A stretch of DNA of 64,000 nt from Haliotis cracherodii (Eukaryota), in assembly GCF_022045235.1 (NCBI RefSeq), contig NW_027266341.1, forward strand, positions 56,296,001 through 56,360,000, read 5' to 3'. Shown piece after piece: positions 27,220 through 40,560 of this stretch. A model generated the notes under the pieces. The model was given only the letters and a program-made list of their open reading frames with translations, did not search any database and was not told where the DNA came from. The position numbers and the translations under genes are program-made. Numbering within the stretch: the stretch's first letter is position 1; each line of letters opens with the position of its first letter.

Positions 27220-28210
27220 CTAGTGGTAGTAATAGGGACTGGCTTTGGCGACGAACGACCCAGCAACTCCATGACCAACAAAGGGTCTTCCATGTCCATA
27301 AACACCGTGTCCGACGAAAGGTCCATGTCCAGCAAATCCATTTCCTACAAGACCAGCTCCATGTCCGACGTTCTTCCCGTAGCCGTAGTTGTTGTTGTAG
27401 GGGTTGTAACCGTAGCCATGTCCCTGACCGGCAACTACGTGTCCTACGAAAGGTCTACGTCCAAAAACAACGCCATCATGTCCGTAGACTCCTTGTCCGA
27501 GACTAGCTCCATACCCAGCAACTTTCCCAACACCTTTACCATAGCCATAGGTGTTGTAGTTGTTGGGGCTGTAGTCGTAACCGTAACCTTTACCAGCAAT
27601 ACCTTTGTTGCCAAGGCCTTTAACGTAGCCATATTCATTGTAACCGTTGTACGGGTTGTACCCATAGCCTTTACCAGCATCACCGAAAGATCCGGATCGG
27701 ATGGGCTTCTGTGCCAGGACAGAGGCGACTAGCACGGACAACACAGCGACGACGGCCTGAATATAACAGAACGGTTCTAATGCAGTTTGAATCACAAAAA
27801 TACATCTGATAATAACGAAAATATTTGTCCAAATCATATTAGATTCAATGTTGGAGAACAAAAACTTGCTCTATACGCATAAATAGTAAAAGTAAGAAAT
27901 CGGGATGTATTTAATGTATTTTTTTGTGAAATTGTTATGTGTAAATTTCAAGTTAAGACAGAACGGCTGAAGTTAATTTTGACTTAACTTTATCTTGGTG
28001 GAAATACCTTTCTCCACAAGACACCCTTGTTTGGATTTTTGTGAAAAACAAGACGTTTAAGCTAGAAATAGCACGATGATTTATAAGCCACGTGTTTGTA
28101 TGAAGCAAGGCTTGGAATGGGCGCTCGATGGCTACCTTTTAAGAATTCCGAGGTGAGGGGATTAACCAAAACTGACTCTGATCCTAGATTAGAAGCTATC
28201 TTACCTTCAT
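27220..28210 (-). CDS. Secreted Gly/Tyr/His-rich structural protein, gene 5 (type I), 180 aa; exons 28210-28205 + 27756-27220
   Basis: Same structure; intron 27757-28204 (448 nt); near-identical to gene 3; AATAAA at 27141-27136. Confidence 0.9.
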
Positions 28211-28271
28211 GATGAACAGACTTGACAACAGTGTTGAGATGACTGATACCACCACTGTGATTGTGCCTCCA

Positions 28272-28341
28272 TATATACATCCTCAGCAGGGTCACGTGAA
28301 GACTACCCCCTGAGTTACACTGCCAAATGAACATCACGTGA
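28272..28341 (-). promoter_or_regulatory. Gene 5 core promoter
   Basis: TCACGTGA at 28292 and 28334; TATATA at 28272-28277. Confidence 0.8.
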
Positions 28342-31037
28342 CCACATCATTTGACGAATTTGTGTTTTATTACTCAGTTTTAGTGTCCACAATATACTGA
28401 TCGAGTAGACTTAATCATGAAGATATTACAAATAATTTATGCTATTAATTTATTAATTTTCAAGATTCATTCATTTTCATAATCATTTATTTTCTGTTAA
28501 AATAAAAATATAATAACTTGGTTCAAATACTTGTCAACAGAGGGTTGTGTAAAATTTTGACTTCGGCACAAAGAAGCAAATAGAGGACACAAAGTCTCCA
28601 CTTCCTATACATTTCCATAAAAACTAGTCACATGTACTGTATTAACATTTTTGTGTAGCACACATCGAAAATTTTGGTTGTTGCAAAATGACACACTCAC
28701 ATTGAAATTTTAAAGCAAACGAAGTCGATTAATGACATAGTTTTGAGTGTAAAAGTTCCCTATCAGTAGTATTTGGGACTGCCCTTTCACATGCTTTCTC
28801 CTTCAGCTTCTTATCACTAAGTAATTGCAACCATCTGGAACAAATGTTGTGAGCCATTCGTATAGTTTCCATCACAATTTTGCCTTTTCGCCCAGTGGAA
28901 TGAATCTCTCCACAAGTTACTATCTGGTGCTGACGTTTCATATTTTCTGGTATTTTTAGACAATTGTCAATATGAGATAAATTTCACTTTAAGACATTTC
29001 CAAAATATCTGTCAATATTATTTTTAGATGATTGAGATAAAATATTGATGTGTTTGAAGTATAATTATGCTGAATAACTTTGTATTGGACAGTTTCACTT
29101 GCTGTACTGTGTTTTAAATTTAAAGCTGGATAAAAAAAATATAGCTCTCACACTTAAGTGGCATTACACGATTGTATAATTGACGAAAATATCCTTATAA
29201 TAACTATCGTAAGCTATTTGATGGATATTTGCAGAGATACAGACAGAGGTACTAACGGGTTACTTTTCCCCATTGATGTGACTTTGTGTTATGTCATAAG
29301 TCATTGGCATTAGCATGGTTGCTCAATACAGCAATCAATTCTTAACATACATTTGTGAAGATGAAGTAACAAAACTAATATATTCAAGACAACCTGTATG
29401 GGATATTTCATTAACGTAATTAAATTGACCATCCAGGTTAAAACGAGTTGTGAATATGCATACCTTCATGTATATCACATCTCATTAAGGATTTAAGTCT
29501 GCGGATATGATCTTGATCCCGAGTGCGGTCAGAACAGCGTCGAATGTATTGCCCCCGGCTAGGAATCTATCCCACGTCATCACATGTTTACTCCAAATTG
29601 AACAACTGTTCATAGACAGCATTGTAGAATATTTTTACCATGACATAAATATACTTTAATCAAACATTCCATTCAACATATAATAGTACTTTCTTCAATT
29701 ATTTTTGTTCACTATTTCACGCAGACATATCAATAAATTTGCATGTCAAACTATTTTCAGGTGCTGAATATGTTACTTAAAACCATTGTATGAGTACGAC
29801 TTTATGACAAGGAAACCTGGCACTGGTCAGACAGCTTATAGTCAGTTGGCCAGGGGAGAAAAACAAGATTTTCGTTCCCACATTTTCCTGTATACTTTCA
29901 ACCTTTTCTATTGTATAAAGGAGATAACTGTACACAATTTTCATTGGGTAGTAAGCTTGCAAGTGTGTGCGTAAATTTTTAGGAGGTCAAAATTGCATAA
30001 ATTGAAGGAAACATGCATAATTTGACAAAATTGTCTGTAACATTTTTATTAAGTCATGAAATTATCCGAATTATGTCTTTGGTTAAAGGTAATGTGTTCG
30101 GTTACCTGAATATGTCAAATATTTTGTTTCATTTAACTGTTATTCTAATTTTCAGTGGAAACATTGATAAAAATAATGTTGTTTTTACTATATTTTCAAA
30201 TCATGTGAGTAGGTAAAACACTAATTCCGTTGCATTGTGTCAATAAAACCACTATAACTGTATATTAAAATCTGCCTGACCCATTTTACTATCCTATTCA
30301 AAGAACAAAATGCAAACATATTACATAGGGGCTGAGATATTGTATACAATGTTACCCCACCCCTCAAAAACCATCATCTTGAATTTCAGGATGGCCGACA
30401 TTTTGACCTGTTTTCAAAATCAAGATCTAATATAGTTCTTGACAACATGGTCATGTAATATATCATAAGAAATCTTTTTAATTGACTTTTCAATGATGTA
30501 CATTATCCCCAACAATGAAAAAAGGAAATATTTAAAGCTAATTCCTCTAGCGACTTCAAACCATACCCAAATTTAGATTTAAATTAAAATGGACATATTT
30601 TCACTCAAAATTGTAGATTTACTGCAACTCCCTGATTGTGCACAAAAAACTACCACTGTAGCTTATTATCTCCAGCTGGCATTGGAATTACCTATATAAA
30701 AACAGCAAATTCATAAATTGTATGTATGTATGTGTGTGATGTGTGTGTGTGTGGTGCATTCGGTATCATTTTCAAGTGTCATCGCGATAGTGATCTTGAC
30801 CTTCACACATTAATGATGACAACACTATTGTAACTGTACCCACAAACGAAAGTGAGTTTTAAACAAAAGTACATATTTAAACACTTGAAATTGGATCACT
30901 AATCAAAACATTCACATTGAACAAGTTTGTCCACTGTATTACTTTACTTGGGAAACTGTAAGACTTTGATGATTGATTTAATGGCATCCCCAATGCTGTG
31001 TTACCAAACTATTCACATATTCTCGTATACGATACGG

Positions 31038-31107
31038 TCACGTGATACGCGCTTAACGGTAAAACTCTTGGTGTAACGATCACGTGACCCTGTTAAGGAT
31101 GTATATA
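31038..31107 (+). promoter_or_regulatory. Gene 6 core promoter
   Basis: TCACGTGA at 31038 and 31080; TATATA at 31102. Confidence 0.8.
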
Positions 31108-31178
31108 TGGAGGCAGCACCATGTTGGTGGCATCAGTCATCTCAACACTGGTGTATCGTCTAGTCAAGTCTGTTAACC

Positions 31179-32308
31179 ATGAAGGTAAGATACTATTCTA
31201 CCGATACAGTAATACAAACATGAAATAGTGTCTCTCAGTTTATTTTGAAGCTTTCTTTAAATGAAATACTTAACTAAAATTGTATGTCCAAAACATGAGC
31301 AACCCGCTTGTAACCAGGTGAAGAAAACTCTATACATTAAAATGCGCCAAAGCACGAGGTTGCACATATGTCATGCATAGTGATGTGGGTTGTTAAGGAA
31401 ATGACGAAACTTTGAACCCCAAAATTAATTCATATTTGATGTACCGTGAAACTACATTAATCCGTACACTTTTCCAGATTAACGAAAGATGGTCACTTTG
31501 TATATATCAAAGGGGCCAACTGTTCAGTATTCCAATGGATACAGTTAATATGCCTATTAACATTTGTATGAAGATGTTTAAAGTTTAAAGTTCTCAAACT
31601 CCAATGTGTTCTTATATGCAGGTCGTCATCGCTGCGTTGTCTGTGCTAGTCGCCTCTGCCTTGGCCCAAGTGCCTTTAGAAACTGGATCCGTCGGAGTCG
31701 GCACTGTCGGTGTTGCTGGTACAGGCTATGGCTACAACCCATACAACAGCAACCATGGTTACAACGGCTACGGTTACGGCAAAGGCGTTGGCAACGTTGG
31801 TGTTGGAAAGGTTTATGGCAACGGCTACACTCCCTACAGCTATAACAACTATGGCTACGGTAAAGGCATTGGGAAAGTCGGTGTTGCCGGTCCCTTCGTT
31901 GCTGGACATGGAGTTGGTCTTATAGGACATGGACACGGACCTTTGGTTGGTGAGAACGGCGTTGCTGGAAAGGGACACGGCTATGGCTACAACACATACA
32001 ATGGAGTTGGGAATGGAGTTGGCCTTGTAGGAAATGGACTCCTTGGACACACCGGACACGGCCTCGCAGGGCCCTTCGCAGTCGGACACGGTGTTGCTGG
32101 TCAGAGACATGGCTACGGCTACAACCCCTACAACAACAACTACGGCTACGGTAAGAACGTCGGACATGGAGCTGGTCTTGTAGGAAATGGATTTGCTGGA
32201 CATGGGCCTTTCGTCGGACACGGTGTTTATGGACATGGTGGACCCTTTGTTGGTCATGGAGTTACTGGGTCGTTCGTGGGCAAAGCCAGTCCCTATTACT
32301 ACAACTAG
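31179..32308 (+). CDS. Secreted Gly/Tyr/His-rich structural protein, gene 6 (type II), 230 aa; exons 31179-31184 + 31622-32308
   Basis: ATGAAG|GTAAG; acceptor TGCAG at 31621; 437-nt intron; ends KASPYYYN; AATAAA at 32387. Confidence 0.92.
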
Positions 32309-32662
32309 GGGCGTATGCTTGTCATGCCTGGTGTATGAATGTTTTTGTACTTTATTGATATTTTTTGTATCCATTTACGAATGGCCAATAAATCTGACGT
32401 TACATTCATGTTGTATTAGTCAATCACTGTGTATATTTTGGTCGTTGTATTACATGTAACGAATATTCTATAGAAATCCTCCCCTGGCCGTGTTATACTT
32501 TCAAGTGTCACTTGTTGTTACCTGTTACCCTGATAAAACAAGGACTGGTCGGCTAGGAGTCAGTTTAAAATTTCTAAGTGGATAATCATGTTACACTGCG
32601 GCATCGTATCTCAGTGAGCTGGCACTATAAAATCGTCATTGTTCCGGACTAGTACAAGCAGC

Positions 32663-32671
32663 CACACACAC

Positions 32672-32740
<69 letters not shown>
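32663..32740. repeat. (CA)n microsatellite
   Basis: Direct reading. Confidence 0.9.
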
Positions 32741-32742
<2 letters not shown>

Positions 32743-34526
32743 TACACTGACGCACGCACGCTCGAGCGCATGCATGCACGTCACTTATCAATCGCAATAA
32801 TCTTGAAGCTGACGTTAAATTCCGTCACCTCACCTTATATAATATATAACAGTAGTTTTACCTTCATACCTTCATATAGTCCATGGCAAGTCTAGCAGGT
32901 TTGTGGCAATGACAAAGCGAGGGACACGAAACAAAGTTAGGGTATCGAACGTAGCGTATGATGAGGGATCACAGGTGGCCCAGTCTTCTGAGTTTCGTTT
33001 TTTAGGCGTGCCGAGTCCTGTGGTCTGGGCCTCAAATATCAGATTCGCCCGGATTATGTTTATAGCTTTATCAACACCATATCTGTTTTTGTTTGGTTTC
33101 AATAAAGTGGTAAACGTCTGAGACCTGCATCACGGGTGTTCTTCCACATGAAGCTGACACCCGTGACATAACACAAATACTTTTCAATGTGGTATTAAAC
33201 TCACTCACTCACTATAACCAGTTAACGTTGTTGGTCGTCCGCCGCTTTCATTGCATTTCACTATTATGACGTCAGCCCGCTCATCGTTACGCAAAAGCGA
33301 AAAGCGTCAAATTCCAAGCTCTCTGTCGTCCCTTAAACTTGAAATACACCCTCCTAATTCGATCAAGTTTTCTGAACAAAATGTACGCGCAATCATACGT
33401 GAAAAAAACCACTGCATTTTGAAACCAATAAATATGCATATCATTGTTTCGAAATATCCTACCGACAACTATTAAGGAAGAAATACTTTCCTATCAATAT
33501 CAGCTGTTTTATTCAAAGGTGCTTATTGTGATTTGAAACCTCTGGTTGACCAGTCAGAATGGAGTATTTTCCAAATTCAAGGAAGAATAATAATATCTTT
33601 AAATGTGTTTATCGGGCTATGCGCAGGAACGAGTGACCACTGCTTTACCACTAAAAATTTCGTTTTCTTCTCTGACAAGCTTAAACTAATTCAGTGCTTA
33701 ATTCTAACTGCTATTGCAAGCACTTCACTAGGTTTTGTCGGTGTTTGCAATTGTTTTTGCATCCATCAACAAATCCAAGCGTGAGCCAATTTCAGGTCTG
33801 GGTCATGCGATTGAATTTAATTGGCTAATGTGTAACGACGCATTCAACACCATTCAAGTAATATTACGGCGGGGACAAGAGGTGGCTTCAGGCATTGTAC
33901 TCATACATACAAGTGACTGAAAACATGAGAAATGGTCCATGTTATCGGGGAGGATGACTCGCAATCAGCCAAACAGGGCATGATCACCCACTCTTTCGAC
34001 AGTCATTAGATACTGGGGATATTTTCTACTCGAAATAGCCGCAAGGTCCCGGTTATATGAAACATCGACATATGTGTCTCTCAAACGATAAGCCGACGGA
34101 AAACTACGAAAATATTATCTCGACGATAAACACACAATACATGTTCAGTCAAACACCGTGGTGTCGAACTTTGATCTGTCGAACTTTCCGTTGTCTATAA
34201 GGAAAAGACATATTCATTCTTAATTTTAAATTACCATTTTAGGTTTTGTCGAACCTCGGACAATTCGAAACATTTACGTAGGTCCCTTCAACTTCGACAC
34301 AACGCTGTTTGACTGTATGTGTACCCTATATATATAATCGAAGCAATCGTACTTCCGCAATGTTTTTAATTATAGTAGGTAACCTTTTTGAAGGATGAAG
34401 ACCACAAACGTCACTTTGTTACCATTTCATCCCTCGAACGGAATATATCGTCTCGGTTATTTAGCCTCTGTCCGGACAGCGGAATGTCGGTGGCTCGACC
34501 CCTTGTCTGCGTTAACAACAACAGTA

Positions 34527-34703
34527 CAGTAAACTACGGTTATAACGAAGACGCTTATAACGAACTATCGGATATAACGAACTAACTTTTTAGTCCCGAC
34601 TATTTCCTGTAGTTATACTCTGTATATGCTTATAACGAATTACGGCTATAACGAACTAAATTCAGTAGTCCCTTTGAGTTCATTATAACCGTAGTTTTTA
34701 CTG
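34527..34703. mobile_element. 177-bp MITE (pogo/Tigger-like) with TA duplication, copy-specific
   Basis: TIRs CAGTAAACTACGGTTATAA / TTATAACCGTAGTTTTTACTG; TA at 34525 and 34704; internal TATAACGAA repeats; empty site ACAGTACTTGTTG at ~14084 and ~24760. Confidence 0.88.
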
Positions 34704-36299
34704 TACTTGTTGTCCTGCCTGGTGCTCGGCATTTAATGGATGAAACGGGACTGGTCGGAATTTGGTCAGAATAATGTGTCTGAGTGGAGTATCCGTGTTA
34801 CACTGCGCCATGGTATATCAGTGCCCTAAGCTTTAAAACCGTCATAAGTCTCCATTAGTAGAAGCAGACACACACGTGCATGCACGTCGCTGTATAAGTA
34901 AAATAATCGTGAACATGACGTTAAAATCCCATTTCACCTCACCTCACCTCACCTCACCTCACCTCACCTCACCTCGGCTCTGCTACGCCTAAAGAACTGC
35001 ATATATAGAGATTGTACAACTCTGCGCTGATTTGGATGTAAAATTGAAATCCACTTGGGTCAGTTTGTACATCAACGACTTACAATGAAACTGGAAATCA
35101 TGAATATCACGATCTTTCATATTCATTGAAAATGCCAAAAATAATTTTCGCGGCATTAGAACAAAAGCTTCATTTTTCATGGCAAGAAATATTATTTTCA
35201 AGCTATAAAGCACCTTTCTTTACACGACACAATCCTATATTTTCCCCATATATCATGATAAAAATATTAACGAATACATGAAGGTCACAAATCAAAACAT
35301 GCAACGTGTTTTATTGTTTGATAATGTAGGGGATATCTTTTCCAGATGGCAAGCTCCGAGGAGACCTTTACAACAAAGCATCAGCAATGTTTGTCTGGTA
35401 AAAATATACATACACTGATCAGTTGTTTCCCACTTGAATTACTGTACACGATTGTATAGGCGATGGCCGAAATATCATTTAAACAACTATCATATTTAGC
35501 ATCTATGTATCCTGACTATGTGCATATTTCAAAAATAACTAAAAACTATTTATGAATTTCATGTAAGTGGTATTTCCAGAGATGCGTGAAGGGGTACTGG
35601 CGGGACATTGTTTCACGGTTTATTTGACTAGGTGTTATTTCACATTTGCATACGTATTCAATTCAATAATGAATTCTTCACATCCATTCGGGAGGTTACT
35701 CAATTCAGTCATCAACTGCTTGCGTGTCAATGCAACAAAACTAATGCATTCAACACAACGTTTATGGGATACTTCATTAAAGTAATTACAGACAATTCAG
35801 GTCGAAGCTGAAGCTGTTAATTTGCATACCTTCATGTATACCACATCGCATTAAAGATTTAAGCCTCGACACCGAGGGTAATCACAATAGCGTCGAACGT
35901 ATTGCCCCGAGCGAGGAATCTATCCCACGTCATTTACTCCATATAAAACACATTTTTGCAGAAAGCATTGTAGAATATTCTGACCATGACATGTTTAGTC
36001 CTGAGTTTGTGTCAAACAATCGATTTAATATATAAGTTAGCCTCATTAACGTAACTTAACTTATAACCACTGTAAGCCTACGATTTATCACTAATTGGCC
36101 TCCCATTTGTCAGACAGCGTTTAACCACACAGCAAGACAATAACTAGTTTGTTTGTTGTTTGACCCTGCACTCAGCAATATTCCAGGTATATGACAACGG
36201 TATGTAAATAATCGAGCCTGGATCAGAAAATTCAGTGATTTACATCATGAGCATCGATCTACTACCACTACAACAACAACAACTACTATTACTACTACA

Positions 36300-36340
<41 letters not shown>

Positions 36341-37810
36341 TATAAAAGCTACTACTACTACTATAAAAGCTACTAAGTACTACTACTATATGTACTCCTG
36401 CTACTTCTACTATACCTTTTGCCTCCAGTTGGTATTGAAATCATCCATGTGAAAAAAATCAATTAATTGTTTTATTTTCATTTGCAAACATAAAAACAGA
36501 ATGTATCAGTTCTAAATTTGAATATGGATTGAGACTGTCGTGGGTCCACTGACCAGGACGTCATGTAGATGACACCATGTTAGCAAGTAGCACTCTACTT
36601 CGGTTGCAGATCTAGAGTCTATTACAAATTATGCTCCCGTATGCAATTAAGTCAAAGCTCAAACATAACTCAAGTTCATTTAATGAGAACAACGTAGTTG
36701 ATGAAAGAAATCTATGTGCATGTTTCTTGCGGATTTTAAACTTAAGAGGAAAAACAATGTCGTACGCACTGGAGTTCAAATTAGCCGATCAAACTCAACA
36801 CTGGTTTGTACAAGAATATGTTTATTGGCATGATATTGGTAGTTACTTTGGTTCATGCTTCATCCTTGATATGATTGTTGATGTTGATGTTGATGTTGAT
36901 GTTTTGTATGTTCGACTACACGTTTGGTGATTAGATTTGAGACTAAACAGTTTGTTGTCATTCCTTTCATGAAAAGCTAATTGTGGATCTGTGGATGTTG
37001 TGTTATTTGAATTGTACATGTATACATTTTCGTCTCTATAGTTTTCAAATGTAACTGTGAGGCACTACGGTTACTACAGAACGGATGACAACTCTGCAAA
37101 TGTACACAATATTTTAACCTTTCAAAAAGAAGAAAATTAACACTTTCACTTCAAATTTGATACCCAATCTAAAACTACACATACAACATGTCTATCAACT
37201 GTAAATTTGCTCTTGCTAGCATAAAAAATGGATTGGTGTCTTTGTCAAAAGAGGGTAAATATTTGGATCGTTGTGTGGCAATTTTCTTTCATTCTGTCGT
37301 GGAAGCCCTGAACGTGTGTTATTTGTGCAAGGAAAATCTAATGCGAGGTCTGTGCAGACGCTGCGAAAAGGATTTAAGGAGTTGAAACATACGATACATG
37401 TGTCTTGGTATGTCAGGGAATGTGTGGATTTCGCAATTGACGACACAAGAGCATGAAGCATTTGCAATTGACGGCTCTTATTCCTTGTCTCATATAATAC
37501 ATGTATCTGTGTGTGTGATCAACCCTCGACTTGCTAAGACTTCCACAAACATATGGCTGATCAGCATACCTGCCTTTCTACTGAAGGGAGTTACAACAGT
37601 AAACAAAGCGAATATAATTGAATTATGGTTAAAACAAATATTGAAATATATTATTATTAGAGTTAAAAAAACTCAAATATAGTTTTCAATAAAAAAAATC
37701 ATGTCAACAGAATCAACATGAGATGGATAATTGTACCTGTAACACTTTGATTAATGGCACAACGAACGTTGAGTTACGCAACTGTTCACATATTCGCTTG
37801 TACTACGGTG

Positions 37811-37881
37811 TCACGTGATACATATGTAGCAGTATAATTTTTGGAGTAAAGATCACGTGACCCTGTTAAGGATGTATATAA
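37811..37881 (+). promoter_or_regulatory. Gene 7 core promoter
   Basis: TCACGTGA at 37811 and 37853; TATATAA at 37875. Confidence 0.8.
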
Positions 37882-37951
37882 GGAGGCAGCACCACAGTGG
37901 TGGTATCAGTCTTCTCAACACTGGTGTATCGTCTAGTCAAGTCTGTTCATC

Positions 37952-39115
37952 ATGAAGGTAAGACACCACCGTACTGATACAGTCATACACACATCTAATG
38001 TTGTCTTTTAGTCAAGTTTGTTCTAATTACATGTGGTTTTTTGGCTTTACGGTTGCAGTGTTTTCGCAGCCCAGTAGCGTTTGGATAAACATTTGTAATC
38101 TATTTGTCCAATCCAATTTTCAATCGTATACTTTTATTTGCCGTGCAGTGTATCATGATATTAACATACTAACTTCGAGGACACCATGTTCAGAAACTGT
38201 GTGCATTTGCTTAAAAAGGAGTAAGTTGATATATGACTATACAACGAAGCATTGACCAACCAATGTATTTTAGCTTCTTTATTTCCGAATCAGAGCGATG
38301 TTATATTCTTGCTAAGTCACTTCTCATCTATATAACCGATAATGAGTCAACGAGTTATAAATGAAACTCACATCGTCATTAATTCATCTATATTGTGACC
38401 ATGTAAACACGATGTTATGGATACAGTTAATGTTACTATCTACATTTGTATGAAAGTGTTTGAAGTTTCAAATTTTCAACTGAAATGTATTTCACACATT
38501 CAGGCCGTCATCGCTGCGTTGTCCCTGCTAGTAGCCTCTGCGTTGGCCCAGGTGCCCTTTGGAGTCGGATCTGTCGGTGTTGCTGGTACAGGCTATGGTT
38601 ACAACACATACAACAAAAACTATGGTTACAATGGCTATGGCTACGGTAAAGGCGTTGGGAAAGTCGGTGTTGCCGGTCCCTTCGTTGCTGGACATGGAGT
38701 TGGTCTTGTTGGACACGGACCTTTCGTTGGTCATGCTGGTTCATTCGCAGGAAACGGACCCTTTGTTGCTGGAAAGGGACACGGTTATGGCTACAACTCC
38801 TACAATGGAGTTGGGAATGGAGTTGGTCTTGTAGGAAATGGACTCCTTGGACTCACCGGACACGGCCTCGCAGGACCCCTCACAGTCGGTGGACACGGTG
38901 TTGCTGGTCAGGGACATGGGTACGGCTACAACCCCTACAACAACAACTACGGCTACGGTAAGAACGTCGGACATGGAGCTGGTCTTGTAGGAAATGGATT
39001 TGCTGGACATGGACCTTTCGTCGGACACGGCGTTTATGGACATAGTGGACCTTTTGTTGGTCATGGAGTTGCTGGGTCCTTCGTCAGCAAAGCAAGTCCA
39101 TATTATTACCACTAG
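37952..39115 (+). CDS. Secreted Gly/Tyr/His-rich structural protein, gene 7 (type III), 205 aa; exons 37952-37957 + 38504-39115
   Basis: ATGAAG|GTAAG; acceptor TTCAG at 38503; 546-nt intron; MKAVIAALSLLVASALA-QVPFG; ends KASPYYYH; AATAAA at 39187. Confidence 0.92.
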
Positions 39116-39457
39116 AGACCTATGCATGTGATGTATGATTGTTTTTGTACTTTATTGATATGTTTTGTATCAATTAACGAATGGGCAATAAACCTGACGT
39201 TACATACATGTTTCTATTTCGGTCGTTGTATTTCATGTAACGAATATTCTTTAGAAATTCTCCCCTGGCGGCGTCACACCAGAAGACTTTAAAATATGGC
39301 ACGTGTTGTTATCCTGTTACCCTGGCAATGACTGGTCGGCTCCGAGTCACACAAATATGTAACTACTCGCCGCGAAGTGAAATAATCTAGAACGCGGCGC
39401 TAAAACCCATTTCACCTCACCTCTATAGAAATCTAAATCTGTTTTCGTACTGGACAT

Positions 39458-39734
39458 GGGGGCAGGGATGGCCCAGTCGTCTAAGGCGCCGCGATTCGCT
39501 GTGGGTACGCCAGAAACCTATGATTGTGGGTTCGAATCCCGGTTCGCCGCGATTATGTTTCTAGGTTTGTCACCACCATACCGGTGCTCGTGGGTTTCAC
39601 CGAAGTCGTAAACGTCTGAGACCTGCATGACTTCTGGCTTTCCTCTCACATTAAGCTGACACGCCGTGATATAACTGGATTACTGTTAAAAGCGGCGTTA
39701 AACCCAACTCACTCACTCACTCACTCACTCACTC
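39458..39734 (+). mobile_element. Well-preserved tRNA-derived SINE with (ACTC)n tail
   Basis: tRNA-like head GGATGGCCCAGTCGTCTAAGGCG...GGTTCGAATCC; 3' end GCGGCGTTAAACCCAACTC(ACTC)n. Decayed relatives at ~12118, 22860, 32965, 41000, 48100 and 57128. Confidence 0.85.
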
Positions 39735-40390
39735 GAAATTGATATGCACATTGTTACATTATTTAACGTTCTTTCTGAGTGAAATATACAACGACTCTTG
39801 AATTTGTTAATATACATCCTTGTGTCTAAACGTCCGCACTATCCCGTTCTCAAATAATGAGTCGATTTAATTTATTGACATCAATATTCCATAAAGGCAA
39901 AGCCGTACTAAAAGCAACATGACCGTTTAATCTGAATTCAAATAATTATTGATCTTCACTTTTTGCAAAACAACACTGACAACAAGAAGACATGATGAAA
40001 ATAGCAGAGGTTATCAGTCGTACAAAGGGAATCGTGATAAACATGTGATATGCACACAAAATCACTTTACACGGTTGCTACTTCTTGTCGTATACTACAT
40101 GTGCTCTATGTGGAACCGATTTTACAGATGTTAACAGACAATGCCATTCTGTTTCACATGGTATATATCCCAGTAGGTATATAACATTCTAATAAGTACA
40201 TGCCATCTATCCTGCTGATGATTACATGATTGAAATTCAATCAGAATTTAAGGAAAAGTATGCATTTATTTCAATGTATATAAGAAAGAGAATTGGGTGC
40301 CGTTGTACAAAGCGCTTAACGCAGACATACGACAGTCGTAGCACTGAGATTGTTTTGTACAAGGGCACCATGGTCTCTTAAATGAATTTA

Positions 40391-40560
40391 CGACCGGCTC
40401 CGTGGTGTAGTGGATAGAGCGTGTTACCCTGTCTGGCCCTCGGCATTGAGGGTGTAAAACAAGGTTTGGTCGGCTCGGAGTCAGTGGGGTATTCATATTA
40501 ATCATGTAATAAAGGCAATATTCTTGGACGCGACGTTAAACCCCATATCTCCTCACCTCA
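40391..40560 (+). mobile_element. Internally deleted CACCT-tailed SINE
   Basis: Head CGACCGGCTCCGTGGTGTAGTGG and tail CTTGGACGCGACGTTAAACCCC...CACCTCA match the 25350 element. Confidence 0.7.

Larger units (their letters stand above)
5383..36833. repeat. Three tandem ~10.75-kb segmental duplications, each with a head-to-head gene pair
   Basis: Unit start CCAGAAAC(C/A)TGTGATCGTGTGTTCGAATTC at 5383, 16134 and 26890 (periods 10751 and 10756). Collinear similarity ends at ...TTTATTGGCATGA 36833. Confidence 0.9.
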
